From positions 32,001 to 96,000 of IMG/VR virus record IMGVR_UViG_3300032053_000016: a stretch of DNA of 64,000 nucleotides. The stretch is one strand, 5' to 3'. The notes below the pieces were generated by a model, which did no database searches, was not told the DNA's origin, and worked only from the letters and a program-made list of their open reading frames with translations. Numbering within the stretch: position 1 is the first letter of the stretch; each line of letters begins with the position of its first letter. Shown here piece by piece: positions 47,743-57,213 of this stretch. The position numbers and the translations under genes were made by a program. Source of the DNA: a virus.

Positions 47743-49763
47743 GTGTTACTCGTGACGGTAGTTCGCTTCTTAGGCAAGATCCCGAGGTTTTGTAGTTCTT
47801 CCGGAGGTCTGACGTCCTTCAATGTCATCCACGGTGTTTTTTGTCCAAGATATTTGGAGTGCCAGACGTGACCACCCGTCTTCTCTGCAAGCTCCTTCGC
47901 TCGCTCCTTGATGTCAAGATCGGTGACATCGCTCCACGCTTTGTCAAAGAACATGTTGGTCTCCGCGGTGTCAACGTACTCCTTGCCCTCAAGGACGTTC
48001 CAGTGACGCGTCCAGAAGTCACGGTAGAGGCGGATCTTACGCTCGATGTCGAGCCAGCTGGCGTGGTACACAGACGGCACATTCTGCACGACACGACTGA
48101 ACCAGTCCTCGTACATGAGCAACGCCTTCGGGTCGCCTGTCAACGCTAGACGACGAATCTGCTCCATCTCGTTCGTGAGGAAGCCGAGAAACACGATCGG
48201 CTCGCCGGTGTTGACGTCGATCGGGTCGCAACCGTCTGTGCCAGGCAAGGCAACAAGGCGACCTTCCGCATCCTTGGATCGCAGGTGAACTGGCACGCCG
48301 TGCCCGATTCGCGGGGAGTTACGGCTGACGCGCCACTTCCACGGTGTGACATCGAGTCGCACCTTGTCAAGTCCACCCCAATACTCGACGACTGGGAGTG
48401 ACAGCATAGGGACCGCCTTGGGGAAGTTGCCGACGAGCTCGCGAACCTTCTTCCAGTCCTCCTTACGCACGAGCTCGTCGACGTCCATCTGCCAGACGAA
48501 GTCGCCGGTGCAACGCTTGCGTGCTTCGGCCTTCTGCATGCCGTCGAAGAGGGCGGAACGAGGGTCGGACCAGTCACGCTCGACAACATGAACCTTGAGT
48601 CGCGACTCGTGATTCAGTTCAATCGAATGTTCACCAGGCTCTTTTGCATTCGGCAGCAGGTTCGAACGTTGAAGCGCGTAGAGTTTGTCACGCGTTTCAT
48701 CTGTGGATCCCGCATCAACCACCACGACCTCGTCGCAGAAGCCAAGCATCGACTTGATGCACTCCTCGAACGGGTACTCCTGCTTCACGCAGTTGAACGT
48801 CGTCGCGTAGCCGGACAGTGTCACCTCCTTAGCCATCGAGCGCGCCGTTGCGCGCCAGAAGACCGCTGGAGCCCCTCGAAGGTACTCCTCGATGTGCGTC
48901 AGGTCATCAGTGGCGAACCACGATTCTTTGGCGTGTTGAACGTGGTCGTTGAGTCTCAACTCGCAACCGAGCAACTTCGCTTCAATGACGAGGCGAGGGC
49001 ATGTGTCGCCGCCGGCTGGGCAGAACACGAGACCCTTCGCGCCAGCGAGCTTGCGCAGCATTTGATCGTACGAGACGCCGCCGATCAGCTCGTAATCGAG
49101 CTCGTCACGTTCAGCGTTGTACACCGACAGTTCGGTGCCTTTCACCCACGAAGTAGACTGGAGGATCAACCACTTGTCAGACTTGACGATGCTCTCTGAT
49201 CGAAGTGCTTCGATCGTGCGAAAGAAGCGGTCGTCGAAGACGCTGGAGAGCACGGTGTTGGGGTAGTCAACAAGGAACGGGAAACGGTCGTGGTAAGTCT
49301 TCTGCTGCTCTTCACTCATCCACCAGGTGTGCTCGGCGGCAGACATGAAGCTGGAGACGACGTTGCCAAGCTGAGTCGTGTGACAGTCACACGGCTTGCT
49401 CTCGTTGAGCTCATGTTTTTCAACCGATCGGTACTTGCAGAACTTGTAATCACACTCCACGATCGAGTAACGAAGGTTGGTCGCGATGGAAGGAAAGAGC
49501 TGGGACTTCAGGCTCGAGTAGTTCCCGAACACCCAGAACTTCTTTGCTCCCTGTTTGATGTGCTCGATCGTGAGCTCTGAACAGAGCATCTTGTGCACCT
49601 TCAAAGGTGCAGCGTCGATCAACGCTTGAAGCGTCAACTCGGCGCCTCCAATGAGTTGCTCAGGGTAAGCGTCCGACACGAAGACGATCTGAGCGTCCTC
49701 CGGAAGGAGCGTGTTGAAGTTAAGTTTCGCGAATAGGGATCCGTCTTGTCTCACGCCTGTCAC
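47739..49763 (-). CDS. Fused GT-B + GT2 glycosyltransferase
   Basis: N-terminal half: GGAELT, WVKG, DTCPRLVIEAKLLG. C-terminal half: DEVVVVDAGSTD, QMDVDE. Confidence 0.8.
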   Translation of the reverse strand: MTGVRQDGSLFAKLNFNTLLPEDAQIVFVSDAYPEQLIGGAELTLQALIDAAPLKVHKMLCSELTIEHIKQGAKKFWVFGNYSSLKSQLFPSIATNLRYSIVECDYKFCKYRSVEKHELNESKPCDCHTTQLGNVVSSFMSAAEHTWWMSEEQQKTYHDRFPFLVDYPNTVLSSVFDDRFFRTIEALRSESIVKSDKWLILQSTSWVKGTELSVYNAERDELDYELIGGVSYDQMLRKLAGAKGLVFCPAGGDTCPRLVIEAKLLGCELRLNDHVQHAKESWFATDDLTHIEEYLRGAPAVFWRATARSMAKEVTLSGYATTFNCVKQEYPFEECIKSMLGFCDEVVVVDAGSTDETRDKLYALQRSNLLPNAKEPGEHSIELNHESRLKVHVVERDWSDPRSALFDGMQKAEARKRCTGDFVWQMDVDELVRKEDWKKVRELVGNFPKAVPMLSLPVVEYWGGLDKVRLDVTPWKWRVSRNSPRIGHGVPVHLRSKDAEGRLVALPGTDGCDPIDVNTGEPIVFLGFLTNEMEQIRRLALTGDPKALLMYEDWFSRVVQNVPSVYHASWLDIERKIRLYRDFWTRHWNVLEGKEYVDTAETNMFFDKAWSDVTDLDIKERAKELAEKTGGHVWHSKYLGQKTPWMTLKDVRPPEELQNLGILPKKRTTVTSNT

Positions 49764-49769
49764 TCTAGC

Positions 49770-49950
49770 AGCTGATCGCTGGGTAGTAGGCCGAAACCTT
49801 CGGTTTCATGTGACTACGCTCAATCCAGTACTCTTTAAATCTGATCTTCTTAAGAGATCGATCTCCCTTCAAATTTCTCTGATCGAGAGCCTGATAGCTC
49901 ATTACAATCGAAAAGGCGGTTGGGTGGGGTCGGAGGATCTAAGGGACATG
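49770..49950. other. AT-rich divergent intergenic region; candidate replication origin/promoter region
   Basis: Main strand switch of the window; TTTAAAT/AAATTT tracts and about six GATC sites. Confidence 0.3.
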
Positions 49951-49968
49951 TTGTCGCGTATGTAGAGA

Positions 49969-50442
49969 GTGATGCCTCCTCGCCGCAAGCTATCCGACGA
50001 CGATCTGGAGTTTCTTGTAAAAGAGATCCACAGTAAACTTGACGGAGTCGTCTTCAACGGCGGGTTCGAAACGTTGGTTTCTAACGTCCAGATCATCCAG
50101 AAGACGCAGGAGGAAATGCTGGTCAAGATGGAGGACGTTCACAAGGTCATCTACGAGCCAGACGATGGTCTCTTCGCTCGCGTGAAGAAAGTGGAGACGA
50201 ACCACGATCACGAGTTAGCACCCCTGCGCCGCGAGGTTGACGATCTCGACAAGTGGCGTGAGAAGCTTCAAGCGCAAGACGGGTTGTTCGAGATGGCAGT
50301 TCAAGCTCACAAGGACGTGAAAGAGTTGAACGCGTGGAAGAAGCGCATCATCGCTCTCGTCGTCGCAGCAGCTAGCAGCACGCTTCTCATGGGTCTGAAG
50401 ACGTTCTACGACCTCATGAAAGACCACGTATCGCTGCACTAA
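49969..50442 (+). CDS. Coiled-coil protein with a C-terminal hydrophobic helix
   Basis: IYEPDDGLFARVK; IIALVVAAASSTLLMGL. Confidence 0.6.
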   Translation: MMPPRRKLSDDDLEFLVKEIHSKLDGVVFNGGFETLVSNVQIIQKTQEEMLVKMEDVHKVIYEPDDGLFARVKKVETNHDHELAPLRREVDDLDKWREKLQAQDGLFEMAVQAHKDVKELNAWKKRIIALVVAAASSTLLMGLKTFYDLMKDHVSLH

Positions 50443-50451
50443 CATGCTCAC

Positions 50452-51657
50452 GTGAAGTTGAGCAAAGCTTCGATCGTTGAGGGGGTGACGGCCGCGAAAG
50501 CCTACACGGGTGGAGGCGTCACGATCGTTGGCAGAGACTCTCTGTCAAGAGTGGCTGTCGTTGGGCCAATGGGCCTACTGCTGAACACGCGAGCGCCTGA
50601 CGACCTAGATGACGGCGCAGTGCACCCGTTCCTGATGGCGTTAGAGCACGCTCGCGTTAGCGAGACGCAAGGCCCTGGATCGCTACGTGCGAGCGTCGTC
50701 TACGCTGACAGGCTTCTTCGAGGAGCCTCGCCAGCGTCACGTGAGCTGACTGGTCGCACGTTCACTCGCGCCGACGTCGCGCGCGTGGCTGGAGGCATCC
50801 TCGACGCCGACGATGTTGAGGCGATGACGGTGTTTGTTCAAGACGCAGGCGCTAGTCGGTACATTGTTGAGCGACAGCCGGCGAGAGCAGACAGCGTCGA
50901 GTTCGTTGACAGCTACGAGTTCAAACACACATCGAAATCCATCGATGGCACGGTGTGCATGGACGGCGCTCGAGTGTTGGTCGCAGACGGCTACATCGAG
51001 ACAGTTGCCGAGATCCACGGCGTGCTTGACCGCTGCGCGAAGGAGGGTGAGAGACTGCTTATCTGCGGTCGTGGATTCTCGGATGATGTGATGCACACGT
51101 TGGCCGTGAACCGTTCACGTGGGACATTGGTGGCGTACGCGTTGACCTTCCCGTTCGACGATACGGATGCGAACACGCTGGTTGACGTGGCAACGATCGT
51201 GGGAGGAGACGTTGTTTCCTCTCTCAAGGGCCAGTTGTACTCAGCTGTCGATGTGACCGCGTTGCCGCGCGTTCCATACGCGCGTTTGCGCGGGCAGACG
51301 TTAGATTTCCGTGGCGAAGGCACGGCTGAACGTGCGGCAGCAGTGCTCCTTGGCGTTCAGAGCAAACTCGCTGAGTCCGAAGACCCAGTGCGTTCCATCC
51401 TTGAACGTCGCGTGAGACGCCTCTCAGGGGCATGCATGATCGTGCGCTTGGAAGATGGAGTCAACCACCTCTCACGTGTGGAGGCTTGGGATCTCGCGCT
51501 CAGAAGCCTGCGAGCCGCGACACATGGCGTCGTGGACGCGACTGACAACGAAGCTTGGCCTGGACGCGACGTGGTGCCGTTGAGCTCGGTGGCCATGGCC
51601 CACGAGACGGCACGCAAGCTCGTTCGAGCGTTAGAGTCGCTGGATTCTTATGTCTGA
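50452..51657 (+). CDS. Divergent chaperonin (GroEL/Cpn60-like)
   Basis: GPMG, ADGYIETVAEI, RGFSDDVMHTLAVN, DVATIVGGDVVSSLKG, LERRVRRLSG follow GroEL motif order. GDGTT is not conserved. Confidence 0.6.
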   Translation: MKLSKASIVEGVTAAKAYTGGGVTIVGRDSLSRVAVVGPMGLLLNTRAPDDLDDGAVHPFLMALEHARVSETQGPGSLRASVVYADRLLRGASPASRELTGRTFTRADVARVAGGILDADDVEAMTVFVQDAGASRYIVERQPARADSVEFVDSYEFKHTSKSIDGTVCMDGARVLVADGYIETVAEIHGVLDRCAKEGERLLICGRGFSDDVMHTLAVNRSRGTLVAYALTFPFDDTDANTLVDVATIVGGDVVSSLKGQLYSAVDVTALPRVPYARLRGQTLDFRGEGTAERAAAVLLGVQSKLAESEDPVRSILERRVRRLSGACMIVRLEDGVNHLSRVEAWDLALRSLRAATHGVVDATDNEAWPGRDVVPLSSVAMAHETARKLVRALESLDSYV

Positions 51658-52605
51658 TCAGCTAACAGGCGCGGCGGCCGGCGGAACGTTGCCAGGGCCA
51701 AGCTTGTTCGACGGCTTCGCGGGTACCTGGATGTCCATCAACCCCTTGGCTTTTGCCAAGGCTTGGATCACCTTGTTCGCAGCATCCTTGTCGACCCCTG
51801 ACTGGCTAGCGATGAAGTACGCGATGTCGCTGATCTTCGCAGCGTCAGTTGTAGCGTCAAGGCGTTTGTTGGCGGTTGGAGGAGCGACCTGCGATGGTGT
51901 CGGGGCAATTGCACCCTTTGTGGCTGCCGCTGCTTGTGTTGGAGCAGTCGCGGTCGTGCCTGTGGTGGGAGCTCCGCTTGCTGCCGGGGTTGGAGCAGCC
52001 TGGCCCGCAGTCGCGGGTTGAGCAGTCTGCGCCGGTGGAGCCGGTGGCGCAATTTGTGGAGTAGCAGCGATCTGCTGCGCATTCTTGAAAAGCATTTGCG
52101 GATTTGTGTTCTGCAGCAACTCTTGAGCGGCTGCCTTGACGTTCATGACGTACGGCAATTTGCCGAACGCTTTCGTCATGATGGCGATCAATTGTTCTTG
52201 CTTCTCGGCAGGAACTAACTCTAACATGGATTTCTGGTTTTCCTGCTCCATGCCAGCTGGGACGAAACCCTTTGCAAGCGTGGGGATGTTTGCCAAACCG
52301 GCACGGATTCCATTCGCAAGATTCACTGCTTTTGCGACAGGATCTCCGCCAAGCCCAAACACATTCTTGATACCTTGCTTCAACCCACCTTGGATGTAGT
52401 TGTGAAGTTCGTTCGTCGCCTTGTCGATGGCCATGTTGAAGAGGTCAGCGTTAGGTGGAACAAGGTTTTTGAGCTTCGCTAATGCATCCTCATACTGCTT
52501 CATTTTTGCAGGATCAAGTCCAGCCTCCGTGAGTTGGGAAACACCTTCGCGTGGTGTTCGCTGTTCGTAAACGTTCTTGAGCGTGCGATCCTTGAGCCTG
52601 ATCAT
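51658..52605 (-). CDS. Hypothetical protein with a P/A/T-rich linker (probably virion-associated)
   Basis: Start MIRLKD has TAGTTA 5 nt upstream. Confidence 0.6.
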   Translation of the reverse strand: MIRLKDRTLKNVYEQRTPREGVSQLTEAGLDPAKMKQYEDALAKLKNLVPPNADLFNMAIDKATNELHNYIQGGLKQGIKNVFGLGGDPVAKAVNLANGIRAGLANIPTLAKGFVPAGMEQENQKSMLELVPAEKQEQLIAIMTKAFGKLPYVMNVKAAAQELLQNTNPQMLFKNAQQIAATPQIAPPAPPAQTAQPATAGQAAPTPAASGAPTTGTTATAPTQAAAATKGAIAPTPSQVAPPTANKRLDATTDAAKISDIAYFIASQSGVDKDAANKVIQALAKAKGLMDIQVPAKPSNKLGPGNVPPAAAPVS

Positions 52606-52643
52606 GTTGGTAACTAGCCGATTCACGACGTAAGATAGACATC

Positions 52644-52910
52644 ATGCAAAAGCAACGCAATGCGGCCGAGAAATCCCTTCTTGAGATGGCAGAATCCATC
52701 AAGACGGTCGTCGATCAACGTCTCTACGCAGCGCTTGGTGAGTCCGGTGTGGAACGACAGAAGTCCCACAAGATCCTCGCGATCGTCAACGCGGCGATCG
52801 ATGAGACCTACGGACGTTCTGCTAAGCACTTCGATAAGACGCTTGATACTCTTGTGAAGGCAGTCCAGGAGGACTGCCAGCTCAAGGGTTCCAAAAGCGC
52901 GAACAAGTGA
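52644..52910 (+). CDS. Hypothetical protein
   Basis: 88 aa, helical. Confidence 0.55.
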   Translation: MQKQRNAAEKSLLEMAESIKTVVDQRLYAALGESGVERQKSHKILAIVNAAIDETYGRSAKHFDKTLDTLVKAVQEDCQLKGSKSANK

Positions 52911-52925
52911 AAGCTGGGTGAAACG

Positions 52926-53399
52926 GTGGCGAAACATGGTGTCAAACATCTTGTTAAATGCGTCTGTGTACTTCCGCAGCTGAGCAAGCAAAAGGATCCA
53001 CCGTCGCACGAGTTCACGGTCTTCTCGATCTACGACGACGATCCCGAGGATTTCGAGACGTCGTTCGTGCAGTGCGACAACTGCAGTGTGATTCATAAGG
53101 TCACGGACGTCTGTGTATCCTCCATCTTACGTGGCCGTGACGAGATGAAATCGATCGTCACGCTTGACGACGTCAAAGGATCGGTGCCGTCTAAATTGGC
53201 AGCCATCCTCGATCAAAACAAGGTGGATCTGCCAACGTGGCAACAGGTTGCCTGGATCGTGGAGACCAAACAATGGGGCGCTTACGTCATCCTAACATCC
53301 GAATACGTTGATGGAGCTCGTCAAGGAAAGATCATGACGATCCTTGATGACACTCTCTACAAGATCAGCAACTTCACAAACGAGACAGCAACAAGATGA
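52926..53399 (+). CDS. Hypothetical protein with Cys motifs
   Basis: KHLVKCVCVLPQ, VQCDNC..IHKV.DVC.S. Confidence 0.65.
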   Translation: MAKHGVKHLVKCVCVLPQLSKQKDPPSHEFTVFSIYDDDPEDFETSFVQCDNCSVIHKVTDVCVSSILRGRDEMKSIVTLDDVKGSVPSKLAAILDQNKVDLPTWQQVAWIVETKQWGAYVILTSEYVDGARQGKIMTILDDTLYKISNFTNETATR

Positions 53400-53632
53400 A
53401 CGAACAGAACATCGGCAACTCCGACGGTGACAAGAAGGTTCAAGACCTGCAACTCTGCCGTGATGTGGTGCATGAGATCATGAACCTCAACCCATCTCAA
53501 ACCCAAATACTGATGGTGATCCAACTACTTGGATGTGAACTGCTTCACCACGAACAGATGGTTGAGGTGGTCGCAATGACCAAAGAGTTCATGAAGGGTC
53601 AGAATGCGTTGTTCATCCCCGACGAAGAGTAA
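53396..53632 (+). CDS. Hypothetical protein
   Basis: 78 aa, coupled to the upstream gene. Confidence 0.6.
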   Translation: MNEQNIGNSDGDKKVQDLQLCRDVVHEIMNLNPSQTQILMVIQLLGCELLHHEQMVEVVAMTKEFMKGQNALFIPDEE

Positions 53633-53654
53633 AGAACGTACCAGCTTGTGAAGC

Positions 53655-54245
53655 ATGGGACGTTCAACAGTCATCAACGGCAACGCGTCGCTCGGATCTG
53701 GCGACGAATCAACGGCGATCCAACTCGCTGAACGCATCGTGTACCTGGCTGGTGAGGTGAACGAGCAGGCCATCGCTCACGTGACAGCAACGATCATCGC
53801 GTTGGCAAATTTAGACAAAACGTCACCTATCAAGCTCATAATCAGCACGTATGGAGGTTCCGTCGATGAGATGTTTAGCCTCTACGACATCATCAAGTAC
53901 GTTCCATGCCCTGTTCACACGATCGCGATAGGCAAGGTGATGTCAGCTGGTGTTCTCCTCGTCGCATCTGGACAGAAGGGAAGTCGACTCATCGGTCGTT
54001 CCACACGTCTGATGATCCACCCGATCTCGGCCGGTCAAGAAGGCACCGTCTTCCAGTTGAAGAACGAACTGTCTGAATCTGTTCGTATGCAAGCTTTGAT
54101 GGAAGAATTACTTGCTGCAAACACGAAGATGACAAAGACACAGGTTGCATCTCTCATGAAAAAAGGGTGTGACACGTACATTACTGCGAAAGAAGCAGTG
54201 AAACTTGGCATCGTTGATGCTATCTTTGAAGCACGGGAGAAATGA
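53655..54245 (+). CDS. clpP: ClpP-like protease
   Basis: ISTYGGSV, GKVMSAG (Ser), MIHP (His), DTYITAKEAVKLGIVD (Asp). Confidence 0.88.
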   Translation: MGRSTVINGNASLGSGDESTAIQLAERIVYLAGEVNEQAIAHVTATIIALANLDKTSPIKLIISTYGGSVDEMFSLYDIIKYVPCPVHTIAIGKVMSAGVLLVASGQKGSRLIGRSTRLMIHPISAGQEGTVFQLKNELSESVRMQALMEELLAANTKMTKTQVASLMKKGCDTYITAKEAVKLGIVDAIFEAREK

Positions 54246-54246
54246 T

Positions 54247-54456
54247 ATGGAAGGCACACTGAAAGAAAAGATCGACGCGCTCAAGAACCTGCTCGACTCG
54301 CTGGACGATGACGTTCAGAAGAGTGATGAGGGTACGCTCGCAGCTGGTGGGCGGGCGCGAAAGCTGCTTCAGGAACTCAAGAGGCTTGCGCAAGACGCAC
54401 GACTCTTCTGTCTGGAGCGTGATCACGTTCGCAAGACGACCGCGAAGACCTCGTAG
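54247..54456 (+). CDS. Hc1-like (histone H1-like) small protein
   Basis: LK.LL..L..D..K...G..AAG.RARK.LQELK..AQ..R. Confidence 0.65.
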   Translation: MEGTLKEKIDALKNLLDSLDDDVQKSDEGTLAAGGRARKLLQELKRLAQDARLFCLERDHVRKTTAKTS

Positions 54457-54491
54457 TAGACATCTGACGTGGAGGCGTACTTAAACAGGAA

Positions 54492-54908
54492 ATGCCAGCC
54501 CCTAAAGCCTTCCTCCGCGACATGCATGACTTCAAGCTCGATCCCAAGGTGGCCTACACAAAAGGCCACCTTGGGCCTGACGGTCGCATGAAAGACACGA
54601 GAACTAGCGACGCAGTTGAACCTGTTGTCACACAAGTTCTTGAACCGTTCACAAATGTCGATGCCACCGCAATCGATCCAGATGAGCCTATGAGATCTGG
54701 TCTTGTGTACACATCCTCAGATGAAATCGTTACACCGCTTGAGACCGTTGAAGTTCCTACGGTCACGATCAAGGCGTCAACGAAAACGAAAGTAAAGTCG
54801 AGCAAGAAATCGACTGCAGTTGTTACGAATACTACATCTGGAGAAGACAACAGTGGTAAAAACGCGGTCGAATCGGACGATGAGAAGCCAGAGTCTACCG
54901 AAGACTGA
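54492..54908 (+). CDS. Hypothetical protein with a low-complexity S/T/K/E tail
   Basis: TACTTA 8 nt upstream of the ATG. Confidence 0.55.
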   Translation: MPAPKAFLRDMHDFKLDPKVAYTKGHLGPDGRMKDTRTSDAVEPVVTQVLEPFTNVDATAIDPDEPMRSGLVYTSSDEIVTPLETVEVPTVTIKASTKTKVKSSKKSTAVVTNTTSGEDNSGKNAVESDDEKPESTED

Positions 54909-56244
54909 TCAGCGTAAGACTTTCATTCTTGACACAAACGTTTTCCTCAGTGACGTCGACGCGATCGGCTCGTTTGGGGACAACGATGTGGTCATTCCAC
55001 TTGCTGTCTTAGAGGAGTTGGATTCCAACAAGAAGCGAATGGACGAGGTGGGTCGTAACGCACGTTCGGCATGTCGAAAGCTCGACGCGCTTCGTGACGT
55101 TGGAAGTCTGCATGATTGGGTCCCTCTCCCTAACGGAGGTCGGATCTGTGTTATGCAGAACAAGGCTGACGCGAAATCCATCCTGCCGTCTGAACTCCAC
55201 AGCGACAAGAACGATAACCTGGTCATTGCGTGTGCGCTTCAACTCAAGGATAGCGATCCCATCGTTGTGTCGAAAGACATCAACGTTCGTGTGAAATGTG
55301 ATGCACTTGGTGTCATTGCTCAAGACTACTTGAAGCAGCGTGCAGCCGACATGGCTGAGAACCTCTACACAGGCGTGCTTGTCACTCCACTCGACGACGA
55401 TCTTGTCGCCACTGTGTGGGCGACTAGGCAACTAGACATCGACGACGTGCCTCACGACACACATCCCAACCAGATCGTCGTCATCCCACGCAGTGGTGAT
55501 GCAGCGACCACGACAGTTGTCCGTCACATGAACGGCAAGTATCGTCTTGTAAAGGAACATCGTGACGTGTTTGGGCTTGAGCCACGTAACAAGGAACAGA
55601 ACTTCGCTCTGGATCTGCTGTTGGATGAGAACGTGAAGCTTGTCACACTGGTTGGCCCCGCCGGATGTGGAAAGACCTTGATCGCTCTCGCGGCTGGGTT
55701 GCAACAGACGCTTGGTGCACATCCGATCTACGACAAGCTCGTTGTGACCCGTCCTATCGAGCCGCTCGGTCGCGACATTGGATTTCTTCCTGGAACATTT
55801 GAAGAGAAGATGGCGCCATGGATCGCGCCGATCCGTGATAACCTTGGCTTCCTACTCTCTCACAAGGGGAAGAGTGGTAAGAAAGGAGCCAAGGATATCG
55901 AAAGCGATCCGTACATCAACATGCTCTTTGAGCAGAAGAAGATCGAGATCGAGGCTGTCGCGTACATTCGTGGGCGCTCCATTCCAAACTCGTTCATCAT
56001 CATCGATGAAGCGCAGAACCTCTCAGTCCACCAACTCAAGACGATCATCACACGCTCAGGTGAGAACACGAAGATCGTTCTCTGTGGTGACGTGCATCAG
56101 ATCGATGTCACGCACATGGACGCCGTCTCCAACGGTCTGTCGTACGTGGTTGAAGCCTTTAAAGACGAAGAAATGGCTGGTCACGTCACCTTGATCAAGG
56201 GAGAGCGCTCAGCATTGGCCACGCGTGCAGCTGAACTGCTGTGA
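54880..56244 (+). CDS. phoH: PIN-domain + PhoH ATPase (YlaK/PhoH2-like)
   Basis: FILDTNV, EELD, VSKDINVRVK; GPAGCGKT, GFLPG, YIRGRS, IIDEAQN, GDVHQID. Confidence 0.9.
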   Translation: MRSQSLPKTDQRKTFILDTNVFLSDVDAIGSFGDNDVVIPLAVLEELDSNKKRMDEVGRNARSACRKLDALRDVGSLHDWVPLPNGGRICVMQNKADAKSILPSELHSDKNDNLVIACALQLKDSDPIVVSKDINVRVKCDALGVIAQDYLKQRAADMAENLYTGVLVTPLDDDLVATVWATRQLDIDDVPHDTHPNQIVVIPRSGDAATTTVVRHMNGKYRLVKEHRDVFGLEPRNKEQNFALDLLLDENVKLVTLVGPAGCGKTLIALAAGLQQTLGAHPIYDKLVVTRPIEPLGRDIGFLPGTFEEKMAPWIAPIRDNLGFLLSHKGKSGKKGAKDIESDPYINMLFEQKKIEIEAVAYIRGRSIPNSFIIIDEAQNLSVHQLKTIITRSGENTKIVLCGDVHQIDVTHMDAVSNGLSYVVEAFKDEEMAGHVTLIKGERSALATRAAELL

Positions 56245-56276
56245 AAGCTTGATGTTGGTTATCTAGAGTCGTCTCA

Positions 56277-57209
56277 ATGGGGCTACTCGATCCTAAGTCA
56301 CGTGTTCTAGACGTTGTGTTGACCGATCAGGGTCGAGAAGCGTTGGCACGCGACGCGTTCAAGATTGCTTACTACAGTCTGACAGACGCGACGACGTTTT
56401 ACGAGCTCGACGTAAGCGGATCGTCTGACGTCACTGTGCGGGTGCATGCTGAATGCTCCCCAAACACTCCACAGGACGTCATCAGCCTGTTGACGGATGA
56501 CGCAGGGCAGGTGACGCGTGTGCGTTCTACGGCAATGCCTACTGGCTCTGTTTACGGTGGACACATCCTACAAGGCGCTTACCAAGATGAACGCATCTTG
56601 TCGGGTAGTGCCTTTGCTTCGATGGCCGGGCTCATTCTGTCTTCGTCGCTGGACAACCTGAAGAACAACTACGTGCTTGGAACGGTGGATGAGTTTTTCG
56701 AGGATGAGGAATTTAGGCTTGGTCCAAGTCACGTCAATTTCTCGTTGAGTGTGGCAGATGATCCAACCCACCTGAACACAGCAAATGTGTCAGATCTTGA
56801 AGGTTTCATTCAAGATCCACTGCTAAGTCACGTTCCCAACTTCCAGTACCTGCCTCCTATCAACAAGCGAACCTCTGACGAGGTGCCTGTGTCTCTTCTC
56901 GGTCAGTACTCAGCACTTGGTGGCAACATCCAGATGGATTTCAACGATGTTAAACTGGAGATGAGCGCTGCACGTAACGTCGGAAACGTGCGTACATTCA
57001 CGTTTGATCCAGCACCACGAACGAACAACATCCATTTGCAGTTCTTTGAGCAGACCAGCGCTGGGATGACGAAGTTGGACGTGATCGATTTTGGCACGTA
57101 CCGTGGCGACGCAGGCGCGCCGGTTCGCGTGGTGTTCGTAGGCAAGGTGTACTGGGACGATTACGACGTCGAAACCTTTGTCAGGCTCTTCACGATCACG
57201 TTGGAGTAA
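56277..57209 (+). CDS. Probable virion structural protein
   Basis: GLLDPKSRVLDVVLTDQGREAL, LSHVPNFQYLPP, KLDVIDFG; TATCTA upstream. Confidence 0.6.
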   Translation: MGLLDPKSRVLDVVLTDQGREALARDAFKIAYYSLTDATTFYELDVSGSSDVTVRVHAECSPNTPQDVISLLTDDAGQVTRVRSTAMPTGSVYGGHILQGAYQDERILSGSAFASMAGLILSSSLDNLKNNYVLGTVDEFFEDEEFRLGPSHVNFSLSVADDPTHLNTANVSDLEGFIQDPLLSHVPNFQYLPPINKRTSDEVPVSLLGQYSALGGNIQMDFNDVKLEMSAARNVGNVRTFTFDPAPRTNNIHLQFFEQTSAGMTKLDVIDFGTYRGDAGAPVRVVFVGKVYWDDYDVETFVRLFTITLE

Positions 57210-57213
57210 GAGA

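Noticed and set aside
14551-49763. Bacterial O-antigen/capsule locus (cellular contig)
   Set aside because: No flippase, polymerase or initiating transferase; interleaved with phage-type genes and continuous with the baseplate module.
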